Assembly: GCA_951406725.2 (NCBI GenBank)
Contig: OX597824.1
Coordinates: forward strand, 4,898,001-4,962,000
Length of the DNA: 64,000 nt
Direction of reading: 5' to 3'
From: Octopus vulgaris
Taxonomy: Eukaryota
The position numbers and the translations under genes are program-made. Positions 24,431 through 37,514 of the stretch are shown in pieces. The notes under the pieces are model-generated. The model was not told the DNA's origin and made no database searches. It was given only the letters and a program-made list of their open reading frames with translations. Positions within the stretch are counted from its first letter, which is position 1. Each line of letters opens with the position of its first letter.

Positions 24431-25953
24431 CACATTTTCGATATCGATGGTGACCTGCACTGATATGTTTTATGATTTTTCATTTAAATTATTTTCTTTT
24501 ATTATAAAACTTCATCTTTTCCTCTCTGAATCTCTTTCCTCTCATCACCCCTACCCCACCCATATATACCATTTTATTTGTATTTATTAATTTAATGGTG
24601 CCTTTAAACAATGCGCATTTATTGTTAATATTAATCTTCTTAAAATGGAAAACATTTTTGTCTTTTTCCTTTTATGTATTTGCATTATTTGTTCTGATTT
24701 TATTGCAGTTTTCTAATTTTAGAAGCATTCTCTCTTCCAGTGACAATAGTAAATAAAACCCTTTCTGTCTCTGCTTTTGTTTACCCTCAATGCAGTAATT
24801 ATTGTTTGTATGTTTTTCTCCAGTATTATCAGTTTACTCAAACTTCATTTTATTGCTGCATAGCTTATAGCTTATTGTTAGCTCGGCTAATGTATCAATG
24901 TCTGTTATTTTGTTTTACACATTTAATTCCCTTTTGAGTTCTGACCTGAAACACCTGTATTTTTTTATTTCCTCTTTTTTCCTATCTCTCCTTCATTTAA
25001 TAGTGCTGTGTTCCATCTATCTCACTTCCTTCCATATATTTGTATTTTAGTCTTTCATCTAATTCTTTAATCTATTTTCAATTTATTTAGCTGCATATTG
25101 ATTGCTTTTATTAGTTTTCCTAATTTCTATGTAACGTTAGTGCATTTTTCAAAGCCCAATTTCATGTTAAAATCTCCATTGAACTCCTGAACAGTCTATA
25201 GGCAAGATTAACATTGATTGTCATCTCTTTCAAAGAGCTTTAAACCTTTCATATACAAGAAGCAACTGATTGTCTACATGTGTCTTTTATTCTTGCATTC
25301 AACCTGACACAACATAGCAGTTTAACCCTTTTATGACCATATTCCTACCAAGAATAAACTTCCTCTACATTTCAACTAATTTCCAAATTAAAATTTTTTT
25401 TTTTTTTGAGGGGATGATAGTAGTGGTGATGGTGGTAGTGGTGAGAGGTTTATTATATACAGGAATAATTTTTTACTATAAGACTACAGTGAAATTTCTA
25501 GCTTCTGAAAACTTGTGTTACCATTGATATGAAAGCAAGATTTTAAAATCTAAATAGTAATTCTTTATTGTGAGTGATTATTCTCTGGTTTGGAAATAAG
25601 AAACCAGAGATAATCTTGAGATGGTTAATTCAAATGAAATCAATGAGCAGCAGTATAGAGTGGGAAGTATTATATTTGACTTACCTCCTTATGATTGTTA
25701 CTCCATTACTCAAAATGAGTCTCTCCAGAATATAAATATGATTGAAAGTCACGTCAGAAGCTTTTAGCAAGATAATCTATCTTACAATTGTAACTACTTT
25801 GCCATTTTGACACACTTAATATGTACCAGTGATGTAATGGCGTTTCTGACAAATTACTAGGCCTGTAAGAAATCAGAACCTCTGAAAAGGACATTCCTAT
25901 GATTAAATGCTTAAGAAGCAAGATAGATGTGTAGAAAAAAAGAAAATTATAAT

Positions 25954-26355
25954 GATTTCAAATTTTTGCCACAAGGGCAACTTAGGAGAAAGGATTAAGT
26001 CAATTACATCGACCCCAGTGTGTAACTGGTACCTATTTGACTGACTCTGAAAGGATGAAAGGCAAAGTCAACCTCAGCAGAATTTGAACTCGGAATGTAG
26101 CGGCAGACGAAAAACCTATTTCTATTTCTTTACTACCCACAAGGGGCTAAACACAGAGGGGTCAAACAGGGGCAGACAAACAGATTATGTCGATTATATC
26201 GACCCCAGTGTGTGACTGATACTTATTTAATCGACCCCAAAAGGATGAAAGGCAAAGTCAACTTCAGTGGAATTTGAACTCAGAACGTAGTAGCGGACGA
26301 AATACCACTAGGCATTTCACCTGGCGCACTAACAATTCTGCCAGCTTGCCACCTT
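25954..26355 (-). mobile_element. SINE family C dimer
   Basis: Two C bodies in tandem; 18-bp TSD AAAAAAGAAAATTATAAT (25936-25953, 26356-26373). Confidence 0.85.
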
Positions 26356-26639
26356 AAAAAAGAAAATTATAATAATTTCTAATATTAGTGTAAACCTATA
26401 TTTCCTATATTAGCGAGAGGAAGATGTCTTCAACAGAACGCACCACCACTGCCTCGCACAAATAACAAACCAGAGACCTATTTTATTTAACCCCTGAGGG
26501 ACAAAAGATAAAGTTGACCCATGGCAAAATTTGAACTCAGATTGTTTAGAGACAAAATTAAATGCTGAAACGCATTCGGTTTTGGCACTCAACTGCTTTT
26601 TTTTTTGTCCTACTCCACCATCCATGTAAATAAAGAGAG

Positions 26640-27388
26640 TGATGGGAGTAAAAGGAGAGGAAGAAGTGTCTAGCGGGAGTGGGGGAGGGGAGGGAGAAGC
26701 AGAGGTGGAAGGCGAGGGCAGAGGGTGGGGTGGGAGAGTGAAAGAGAAAGAATTGGCTGCAATCCTATCCAGCTATAAATATTCCTTGCAGCTAAGTGTA
26801 ACACACTGCCCTCTAGATAACCTCCTGCTAATTTATCCTAGTTTGACCGATTGGGGAGCAGATTCAGTCAACTGGAAATTTATTTAACAAGTAAAATAGA
26901 GATGTCCATTACAAATGTTCCAAGAGGTACCAGTGGCGGGGGAGGAGGGTGGGGTTGAAAGTGGTTATGGTGGCAGCAGCGGTGAGGGGGGAAACTGGTG
27001 GTGGTGGTGGTGGTGCGGATAATGGCTTAGGATGTGGTGGCATGTTGGTTGCGTTGTGGCTTTTAGTAGACAAGAGGGGAGTAGTGTTGAAGTAAAGAGG
27101 TTTGGTGGAGGTGGTGAGTGTGCTTGTGGTGGTTATGGCTGTTGTTGTTGTTGTAGTTTGTAGTGGTGGAAGGAGTGGTAGAGCAGGTGGTGGTATGGAA
27201 TATGGTAGGATGAAGGTTGAGTTATGGGTATTGGTGGTCGTAGAAAAGGGGTGAGGTAGTGTTTTGAGAGGATTTGGTGCAGGAAGTGGGGGTCGGCGAT
27301 GCTGGTTGTAATGTTGGTGAGATGATGGTGAAAGAATGAGGAGGAGGCAATAATGCTGTTTTGAAACAATTTATTGGTGATAGTAGCC

Positions 27389-27420
<32 letters not shown>

Positions 27421-27510
27421 GGTAGTGGTGGTGATGGTGGTGGTGGTGATAGTGATGGTGGTGGTGATAGTAGCCATGATGAAGATGATGGTGGAGGCGG
27501 TGGTAATGTG
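26640..27510. repeat. G-rich low-complexity region with (GGT)n/(GAT)n/(GTT)n
   Basis: Directly visible strand-skewed G/T tracts. Confidence 0.85.
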
Positions 27511-27938
27511 ATCGCTGTCGTTTCACTCTCGATTAGAGATCAAGTGGACCTATGATCCAAAGCACTCCAGCCATGACCATCCCTTCTTTCTTCAGATATT
27601 ATATACTCCGGAGTACATTATCCAGTGTGTTTATCTTAACCCATTTGATACCAACCCGCTTGAGACTGCCTTTTATTCTATGATGCAAACTTTGTTTTAA
27701 AGGGATACAGAGGGAAACCTTCCCTCAAAATTTCATGAGGTTATACTCCAAACACCAGATTAATTACAACAAAGTTATCTTACACTTTTTCTTTTTCTTT
27801 CTTTATTTGCAAAGTTGATAGAAATAGAAAATAAAAGTTGTGTGTCCTAATAGAAAAATGGTTGTGCAATGGTTATGACAGTTTAATATGATTTGAGGGA
27901 AATCTAACTGCTATTTCTAACAAGTTGATTAACCATGT

Positions 27939-28323
27939 GGAAGCACTCCGTTGGTTACGACGACGAGGGTTCCGGTTGATCCGAATCAACGGAACAGCCT
28001 GCTTGTGAAATTAACATGTAAGTGGCTGAGCACTCCACAGACACGTGTACCCTTAACGTAGTTCTCGGGGATATTCAGCGTGACACAGAGAGTGACAAGG
28101 CCGGCCCTTTGAAATACAGGTACAACAGAAACAGGAAGTAAGAGTGAGAGAAAGTTGTGGTGAAAGAGTACAGCAGGGATCACCACCATCCCCTGCCAGA
28201 GCCTCGTGGAGCTTTAGGTGTTTTCGCTCAATAAATACTCACAACACCCGGTCTGGGAATCGAAACCGCGATCCTATGACCGTGAGTCCGCTGCCCTAAC
28301 CACTGGTCCATTGCGCCTCCACG
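27939..28323 (-). mobile_element. tRNA-derived SINE family D (head X + tail 1), full length
   Basis: Sense head GTGGAGGCGCAATGGACCAGTGGTTAGGGCAGCGG (A box)..GGTTTCGATTCCC (B box); 12-bp TSD GATTAACCATGT (27927-27938, 28324-28335). Confidence 0.92.
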
Positions 28324-28548
28324 GATTAACCATGTAGCAGCCCCATCATTGGCTTTCAGATTGTGGTATGGCTACTGATGTTGGTGGAGATGGTGATGAT
28401 GGGAATGATTGATGTGCATGAGATGCTGAGGGTAGTGCGGATGTGGTTGATTGCCATAATGTTTCTTATTACACTCTCCTAAATACTCATACACACCCTC
28501 AAATCTTCCTCCTACATACACACACACACACATTCTCTCTCTCTCTCC

Positions 28549-28607
<59 letters not shown>

Positions 28608-28984
28608 TCTCAACTCAATTCCAAGACAATTCCTGCTTAGACACATGAATACATAACCAGTTAAAATAATGGTAAATATGGTGGTGGTGGTGGTGGTGGT
28701 GATGGTCATGGTAGTCATGGTGGTGGTGGTGGTAGCCTATTTCATTTCTTCTTTATTTCCTTGTTTTCTATCCTTTCCACAACAACAATTAATGCAATTC
28801 ACGGCAATGGTGTTAATTTATTAATGTGAAAATAGCTGTAAATCTGGTGAAATATTAGTGTAGCCATTTGCAACAAACCTATGCAACCCATACTGCGTTG
28901 GTTCTCTGGTAATTATTGTCAGGTCATCAACCCTGAACCATTATGCAAATGAGCCATTTCTAGCATAATTTTTATTTCCACTTT

Positions 28985-29375
28985 AAGGCAGCGAGCTGGC
29001 AAAAATATTAGTATACCAGGCAAAATGCTTAGCGGTATTTCGTCTCCCGTTACATTCTGAGTTCAAATTCCGCCAAGGTCGACTTTGCCTGTCATCCTTT
29101 CGGGGTCGATTAAATAAGTTACACACTGGGGTCGATATAATCGACTTAATCCGTTTGTCCTTGTTTGTCCTCTCTGTGTTTAGCTCCTTGTGGGTAGTAA
29201 AGAAATAGGTATTTCGTCTGTTCTAATATTTTGAGTTTAAACTCTGCTGAGGTTGACTTTGCTTTTCATCTTTTCAAGGTCAATAAATTAAGTACCAGTT
29301 GTGTACCAGGGTCAATCTAATCAACTGGCTCCCTCCCCAAAAGTTTCAGGCTTGTGCCTAGAGTAGAAAAGAATT
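28985..29375 (+). mobile_element. SINE family C dimer (tail C1 then tail C2)
   Basis: First unit ends AAAGAAATA-GGTATTTCGTCTG, running into a second body that ends CAGGCTTGTGCCTAGAGTAGAAAAGAATT. Confidence 0.85.
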
Positions 29376-29496
29376 TAATTTTCATTTTGATAAGTAGTTT
29401 TCTGCTAACTTTTCTCAGCCCTTTGAGAAATGGAAGTGAGCAAACCTAAATGAATTGCTAGCATTGAGAAAAAAGTCAGTTTTTTCTTCACCAGAC

Positions 29497-30110
29497 TAAA
29501 CCGTTTTGATACCAAACCTGCCTGAGGTCGTCCCTTGTCCTATAATCCTACTGTTTGCAAGTGATCAATTAAAACCTTCCACTAAAATTTCACCTAGTAC
29601 AGAAATCAGCTAACATCTTTTCTCTGACGATTTCCTGAAGAAGGAGTCCTCACTCTCAGATACTGAAATATCAAGTAAAAAGACAAACCACTGACCTGTA
29701 TCATTAATTTCCATACTTGCATTGTTTTGGCTTTCAAACAAAAAAAAAAACTAAAATCATTTATGTTAATTTATGTGCCAAACACTAGCTTAATAATGAT
29801 TTCAAATTTTTGCTACAAGGGCAGCTTGGAGGAGAGGATCAAGTCAACAACATTGACCCCAGTGCATAACTGGTATTTATTTAATCGACCCCGAAAGGAT
29901 GAAAGGCAAAGTCGACCTCAGTGAAATTTGAACTCAGAACATAGTGGCAGACGAAATACCACTTAAGCATTTCGCCCAGCGTGCTTATGATTTGCCACTT
30001 TAAACAATTGCTCAATAACGGAGAAGTTATTTTGATAAATTTTACATTATTTCAGATTTACTTAAAACAAAGACAGTGCAATTCCATTGAAATATGATAG
30101 CAGAAGGGAT
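29497..30110. mobile_element. Decayed piggyBac-like MITE (related to 27636-27875) with nested family C SINE at ~29795-30000
   Basis: TAAACCGTTTTGATACCAAACC start matches TTAACCCATTTGATACCAACCC at 27636; shared AAACCTTCC..AAAATTTCA and CCAAACAC.AG.TTAAT blocks. Confidence 0.5.
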
Positions 30111-30427
30111 GATGTCCCTCATTTTAAAACCCTCCCCAGGCCCTTGGGTGACCAGTTGAGTACATCAGTTGCACGGATTTAGATCAGGTCAGCAATTTGA
30201 CAATGCTTTCTTTCATTCCTCCTGACTGTCTTGAAGGTCTTGTAAAGGGTCATGGACACTAATCTTCCTTTTGATTAAGAAATAGATAAAGGGGAGAAAA
30301 AACCTGCTGACCAGACTCTTAAGAGCCTTATATCACAAGGGAATGAAGGAGACATTGGTGGTACTGTAACATCAATTTGTTTCATTTGCTATAATGTACC
30401 ATAGAATATGTGTTTTGTCTTTTATAT

Positions 30428-31869
30428 TTTACTTGTTTCAGTCATTGGGTTGTGGCCATACTGGGGCACCATCTTGAAGGGTTTTAACTAAACTGGCAAA
30501 CTCCTGTGCTTATTTTTTAAGCCTGGTACTTATTCTATCAATCTTTTTTGCCAAACCACGAAGTTATAAGAACACAAACAAACCAACTCTGGTTGTGAAA
30601 CAGTAGGGGACAAACACACACACACAATATGTATATATATATATATGCGTGTGTGTGTTTGTGTGTATATATATATATGTGTTATATATATATATATATG
30701 TGTGTGTATATATATATATATATCATCATCATCATCATCATCATCGTTTAACGTCCGCTTCCATGCTAGCATGGGTTGACGCAACTGGGGTCTGGCAAGC
30801 CGAAGGCTGCACCAGGCCAGTCAGTCTGGCAGTGTTTCACAGCTGGATGCCTTCCTAACGCCAACCACTCCAAGAGTGTAGTGGGGATTTATGTGCCACC
30901 GACACAGATGCCAGACGAGGCTGGCAGACGGCCACGCTCGGATGGTGTTTTTATGTGCCACCGACACAGGTGCCAGACGAGGCTGGCAGACGGCACGCTC
31001 GGATGGTTTTTATGCCACCAACACAGGTGCCAGACGAGGCTGGCAGACGGCACGCTCGATGGTGTTTTCTATGTATCACCGGCACAGGTGCCAGACGAGG
31101 CTGGCGAACGGCCACGCTCGGATGGTGTTGTTACGTGCCCCAGCATGGAGGCCAGTCGATGCGGTACTGCTACGGTCACGTTCAGATGGTTTCTATGTGC
31201 CACCGGCCTGTACCATAAAAGGATACAAATAGGATACAAATTCCATTGATGTACATCTATTTTGATTTTTTGATTTTGATTTTCACTTGCCTCAACAGGT
31301 CTTCTATGTCACAATAAGGAAGGTATGCACAGGTGGACTGACTACGTCCCAGGTAGGGGCCACGGGATATACTAGTACGACAGCATACTTCCATAGGTCT
31401 CGGTCTCTATATTTCCATGGTGATATCCGAAGGTCGGCTTCACCACCTCGTCCCATATACCTACGGGTTCCCTCAACTGCTAGGGATTGGCACTTTCCAC
31501 ACACCTATCTTCATCCATTCTCGCCACATGACCATACCAGCACAATCGTCTCTTTGCACACCACAACTGATGCTTCTAGGTACAACATTTCTCTCAAGGT
31601 ACTAACGCTCTGTCGAGTAAGTACACTGACATTACACATCCATCGGAGCATACTGGCTTCATTCCTCACGAGCTTACGCATGTCCTCAGCAGTCACGGCC
31701 CATGTTTCACTGCCATGTAGCATAGCTGTTCGTACACATGCATCATACAGTCTGCCTTTTACTCTGAGCGAGAGGCCTTTAGTCACCACAGGGTAAGAGC
31801 TCCCAAACTTTGCCCAGGCTATTCTTATTCTAGCAGTTACACTTTCAGCACACCCACCACCACTACTGA

Positions 31870-31949
<80 letters not shown>

Positions 31950-32142
31950 ATGTATTATATATATATATATATACATATATAGAACAAGCTTCTTTGTTCT
32001 CTGTCAAATCCACTCACAAGGCTTAGGCCAGCCTGGGTCTTATAATAGGAGACACTTGCCCAAGGTGCCAGGCAGTGAGACTGAACCCAAGACCACATGG
32101 TTGGGAGACAAACTTCTCAGTCACACAGCCATGCTTATGCCT
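30428..32142 (-). mobile_element. SINE family B split by an RTE insertion in its central microsatellite
   Basis: 3' half at 30428-30625 and 5' half at ~31983-32142, same orientation, either side of the LINE. Confidence 0.75.
30722..31870 (-). mobile_element. RTE-PHD LINE 3' portion: ORF2 C-terminus, 3' UTR with ~60-bp tandem repeats, (GAT)n tail
   Basis: VTKGLSLRVKGRLYDACVRTAMLHGSETW matches 6160-6245; repeats at ~30888-31210; tail at 30722-30775. Confidence 0.92.
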
Positions 32143-32399
32143 GTATATAGATTTTTATTTTAGCAATATTGTATTCTATGATAAATGAAACACAGACTGA
32201 ATCATGGTTTGTATAGCAATTCCCTGCTTTTCTGTTTGAGACTTGTTGTTTACATTCATCAATAAATACAGAGTTGGCTAAAAAGACAGAAATCCATAGA
32301 TACACTTAATAGTACACTAGAGCAAAAATACATATAAATATGACTGTATATTCATTTGTTCATTTGTTTGGTACAACTGGTTTCATTATTATTATTATT

Positions 32400-32896
32400 A
32401 TCATCATCATCGTTTAATGTCCGCTTTGGACGATTTGGGTTGGACGATTTGACTGAGGTCTGGCGAACCAGATGGCTGCACCAGGCTCCAGTCTTGATCT
32501 GGCAGAGTTTCTACAGCTGGATGCCCTTCCTAACGTCAATCACTCCAAGAGTGTAGTGGGTGCTTTTATGTGCCATCGGCATGAGGGCCAGTCAGGCGGT
32601 ACTGGTAACGGCCACGCTCAAATGATGCTTTTTATGTATCACCTGCACAGGAGCCAGTCCAGCGGCACTGGCAATGACCTCGCTTGAATGTTTTTTCATG
32701 TGCCACCAGCAGAAGTGCTAGTAAGGCGACGCAGGTAATGATCACGCTTGAATGGTGTTTTTAACGTGCCATCGGCACAGAGGCCAGCTTGTTGCTCTGG
32801 CAACGATCTCACTCGTGTGGTACTCTTAGCACTCCACTAACACGGATGCCAGTCATCGAATTTGATTTCGATTTCACTTGCCTCAACAGGTCTTCT
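32400..32896 (-). mobile_element. RTE-PHD 3' UTR fragment with diverged hairpin repeats
   Basis: GGATGCCCTTCCTAACG, about four GTGCCA.CGGCAC-type units, TTCACTTGCCTCAACAGGTCTTC shared with 31282. Confidence 0.85.
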
Positions 32897-33430
32897 TCAT
32901 CATAATCATTACAGTAATTACTGTTATCCTCTTCATGTAGCAAACATGGCTCAGTTGAATGAGTTGGTTCGAAACATGTGGCTGTCAGCCAAAGAAACAC
33001 AAATGGGGAACCCACTTGCCTTTGGTAGACAGGATAATCCAGGTTTTGTGGGGATTCTCTGATTATGTAAAACATGCATATGATACACTGCTAATAAGAA
33101 CTGTTCTTAAAAGTCTATGAATAGTTATACTTCAGCTTTCAAGAGGATGCGGAGCAACCTTTTGGGGCCAAACATTTTGAGTAAAGGTTTCCAGAGTGAA
33201 TGCAAGTGGAAGGTGGGCAGGTGGGTCGGGAAACCAAATTCAAAATTGTTTAGAAATATTTATTTTTGTGTGTGGTTTAGTCAAGAGAGAAACGGTGGCA
33301 CACATGACCCTTGCACAAGGCCTCCCAGACTGGTGAGGTTAGTAAAGAATGGAAGAAACCTGGACTCATAGATTATACTCAAACCAGAGAACAACTGGCT
33401 TCATTAATTTGTGTATATGGACATCTTTTA

Positions 33431-33462
<32 letters not shown>

Positions 33463-33699
33463 GCTCTCTTTTTTCTTTTGCACTCTTGCTCTCTTGATTC
33501 CTTGTTTCCTTGCTCTCCTTTGCCCTTCTGCAGAATCACGTATGTTGTGCTACATGAAGAGTCATAGAGGACCGCTCAGAGTATCACTTTCTCCAGATAT
33601 GGGGACAGGTTGAGTGAGGGGTTAACAACTTGTTCCCGCAGAAAAAAAAAACTGATGCAATACTGGAACTGTATAAGGATGGACAACAGTATGGAATAG

Positions 33700-33990
33700 A
33701 AATGAAGAAGGAGGTGAATGCAGAGGAGAAGAAGATGAGGAAAAAGGAGGAGGAGGAGGAAAAGAAGAAAAAGGAGGTGGAGGAAAAGATAAAAGAGGAG
33801 GAGGAAGAGAAGAATAAAGAAGGAGAAGAAGAAGAAGAAGAAGAAGAAGAAGAAGAAGAAGAAGAAGAAGAAGAAGAAGAAGAAGAAGAAAGAAGAAGAA
33901 GAAGAAGAAGAAGAAGAAGAAGAAGAAGAAGAAGAAGAAGAAGAAGAAGAAGAAGAAGAAGAAAGAAGAAGAAAGAAGAAGAAGAAGAAG
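33700..33990. repeat. Purine-rich (GAG)/(GAA)n tract
   Basis: Directly visible; near-pure GAA over ~33826-33990. Confidence 0.95.
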
Positions 33991-34243
33991 TGCTAACAGC
34001 AATCTTTTTTCTTTTTTCTTATTTATTTATCCACGGTGTCTTATATCAGATGAATAAGAGACAAAATTAGCCAAGCACCAATTCCTTCAGTTTGGCTCAC
34101 GTACAATATAATCCCTTTATAGATCTTCCATTAGAGAAATTGTCTTCTCATATCATTTTATGCTTCATTAATCCATCCCTACTTCATGAACCAGTAAAAC
34201 CTATGGTGACATTTAAGCACATGAAAGTAATTTCTCTTAAAGA

Positions 34244-34720
34244 GTTCATGTATCTGCAATTATGTTAAAGATTATCAACGTCCAGACTCTTTTATTATTA
34301 CTGGATGCAAAAAAAACCAAAAGGATGATGGAAAATCTCTAAGCTTATTAATGCCCATCTGTCTTTTATTTCTGTTTTTTCATCGCTTTAAAACTATTAT
34401 ATGTATGTATGAATGCATGTGTGTGTGTGTGTGTGTGTGTATAAGTATATGTTTGTGAGATGGCTTTTTATGTGTATGTATATATGTACACATCCACTTT
34501 CCATACTTGTATGAATATGCAGACATACATACATACACGCACACACACACATATATATATTATATATAACACAATATATGTATATCTGTGTATGTGTGTG
34601 TATATATATATATATATGCATGTATGTATGTATGCACACACACATGCACACACACACGTGCACGCACACACACATATTATACATTATATATAATACAGAA
34701 TATGTATATATGTGTATGTA

Positions 34721-34772
<52 letters not shown>

Positions 34773-35570
34773 TCTATGTATGCACACACACACACACACA
34801 AATACTCACTCACTCTCTCTCTCTTTCCCTTTTTGTTTGCCGATCATCACACAGAAGTGTATAAAAGTCACACTTCTTTCCTTCTTTCTTTCTTTCTTTT
34901 TCTTTTTCTAAGTTCATGTACCTGCAATTATTATATTCAAGATTATTAATGAATAAATAATAAATATTTGATCAGACAGCTTGATAGGGGAGAAAGAAAA
35001 CAAGAGAGAGAGAGAGAGAGAGAGGGGAAGAGAGAGAGAGAGGGGAAGAGAGAGAGAGAGAGAGAGAGAAGGAGATGATGTGAGGAAGCGTTTCACAAAG
35101 CTTGCTTGTCTATCAAAATTGCAACGGTTACAGGTGTGTTTCATGTCACCACATTAAAATAATGTACATCGCAGCCATGTTTCTTTGTACATTTAGCACA
35201 TTGGGGAACAGATAAAGCAACGGCCCTTTATTTATTCATATTTATATACTTATGTTCATGTAGCTGCAACAGTATTGAGGATTATTATTGAATATATAAA
35301 TAATTAAATAAATATTTGACCAGACAGTGTGTAAAAGAGGAGAAAAAGCAAAAAAAAAAGATTCTGTTGAAAGCTTATCCGTACTTTGCATCAGTTATGA
35401 ATCGTCCGGATCACTGAATTAAAATATGTACATTTCAGCCATATTGTTTGTTAATCATATTTGAATGGATAAGCTAAACATTTTTGTTTTCCGTTTGTAC
35501 ATGAATCTGCAATTATATCAAAGATTATTAATGAATAAAAAAAAAAATATGATCTGAGAGAGTCAGAATA
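34244..35570 (+). repeat. Diverged local repeat units starting GTTCATGTA.CTGCAA (34244, 34912, 35254, 35497)
   Basis: Shared CATGTA.CTGCAA..AGATTATTAATGAATAAA..AATATTTGA.CAGA block and a second shared block TAAAAT..TGTACAT..CAGCCAT at ~35156 and ~35420. Confidence 0.65.
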
Positions 35571-36135
35571 TTGCAAAGTGGAAACAAAAATATAGAAAGT
35601 TTTTTTCTTTTCCATTGAATGTTTAGCATAGAAGCAATAGTTAAATGTATGCATTCCAGCCATGACTATCCATATTTAGGTGGAATACCTAGGACTAAAA
35701 TTTCTTGTGTGTCCTTCCCTTTTTTATGATGGTAGGCTTTGACTTGCACAAGATTTGACTTCTATGTCTGGCAAGTAGATCAAACACATACAGGCTCTGT
35801 CGTTGGTTAAGTAAATCTATGATCAGATGAATGCTGTTAATTCCTGAAGCCATTTTGTTGTAATACCTTATCTGCAGACATACAATTTCATGCACAATCC
35901 TTTGATCTACGTCCATTTTTCCAAGCAAAGCATAAGTTGGATGAAGACAGTATTTATATAGCTGGATGCCTTTCCTGTTGCATACCCTTACATGTTTTGC
36001 AAGTAAAAGATTATTTTTATTCCACAAGTTTTTGAAAGTGCAGAGCTAGAGGATGGTTTTTTTTTTTACTGAAAATACCAACAAATGTCACCAATTTATT
36101 TGTTCAATACTTTTATGCAATCACAAAATATAAAT

Positions 36136-36179
<44 letters not shown>

Positions 36180-36187
36180 ATAAACAC

Positions 36188-36261
<74 letters not shown>

Positions 36262-36500
36262 CAACAACAACAACTGGCTCTCTGTCACACCAGTCAGTGT
36301 GCATTCTAACCAATGATTAGTAAATTCACGAAACCGGTATGCTTTTAAATCTCTTTAACAATTCACAATAATGACTTTTATTACTTTTATTCCTACCTCA
36401 GTTCGTCTAATTGTATATATCTATCGTTACTTTTCATAAAAAGCCTTTACTTTCTTTGATTTCCAATGTGCATTTTTGCTTATTTTTCTTCTTACTTTCC

Positions 36501-36532
<32 letters not shown>

Positions 36533-36535
<3 letters not shown>

Positions 36536-36910
36536 CGCAGGTGTGGCTGTGTGGTAAGAAGCTTGCTTCCCAAACCGCATGGTTCCAATTTCAGTCCCCT
36601 GTGTGGCACCTTGGGCAAATGTCTTTTACTATAGCCTCGGGCTGTCCAAAGCCTTGCAAGTGGATTTGGTAGATGGAAATTGATAGAAGCCCATCGTATA
36701 TATGTATGGATATATATGTATGTATTGTGTGTCTGTGCTTGTCGCCCCCACCCCACCACCATTGTTTGACAACCGATGTTGGTGTGTTTATGTCCTCATA
36801 ACTTAACAGTTTGGCAAAAGAGACTGACAGAATAAGTACTAGGCTTACAAAGAATAAGTCCTGGGGTCAATTTGTTTGACTAAAGGCAGTACTCCAGCAT
36901 GGCCGTGGTC
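36533..36910 (+). mobile_element. SINE family B
   Basis: Family head and body, tail slightly truncated. Confidence 0.87.
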
Positions 36911-37059
36911 ATGTGGCTGGTCCAAAGCATGTATTACATTGATTGTACATTGTCGGTGTACCCCAGGGTGTACGACAAGTCATAAGTCCCTATGGTGTAT
37001 TAAAATCAAATGACTAATGACAAATGATGAATAATTGTCAATTATCCATTGTCTGTTAT

Positions 37060-37105
<46 letters not shown>

Positions 37106-37514
37106 CGTGTATGCACGTGTGTGTGTGTGTGTAAAGGTAAGATCCAAGGATCAAGGTGTAGGAAGCTAGTAAGCTTCAAACAACCCATAGAAGGTGTAAA
37201 AAAATCAACTTTCAAGAACATTAGTAGTTTATTGGAGCAGAAGGTTGTAAATTTTCCCCATATTGAAGTTCGAAGATGAAAAAGTAATTTTATAGTTCAC
37301 GGTTAGCAAATGGAGTTGCTGTGTATGGGAATAAAAATCCAAATCTAAGGAACGGAGCAGATAAAATTCAGGCTACATATGTTTCCAAGCTAACAGAACC
37401 TCTGAAGTAGTAATTACCCAGATGAGGGGTGCTCCCCTAGCCACTCTTCAGGCCAAAGATATTTTAATCAAAAATTTTTGACTAAGGTATCTTTGGTCTG
37501 ACATGCTTTCATAG

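Noticed and set aside
26640-27510. G-quadruplex cluster or Gly/Asp-rich ORF
   Set aside because: Explained by low-complexity GGT/GAT repeats; nothing indicates function
28250-28323. tRNA gene (also 57420-57494, 37703-37770 and family B heads)
   Set aside because: A/B boxes belong to TSD-flanked SINE heads; no convincing acceptor stem or cloverleaf
30888-31210. CRISPR-like spaced palindromic repeats
   Set aside because: Whole units repeat with no unique spacers, there are no cas genes, and the array is contiguous with a eukaryotic LINE 3' UTR
30750-31870. Frequent 1-2 bp deletions suggesting a distinct subfamily
   Set aside because: Many fall in homopolymers and could be local long-read consensus errors; not interpretable without reads
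33622-34070. E/K/R-rich 146-aa ORF and its antisense L/F ORF
   Set aside because: Produced by (GAG)/(GAA)n repeats
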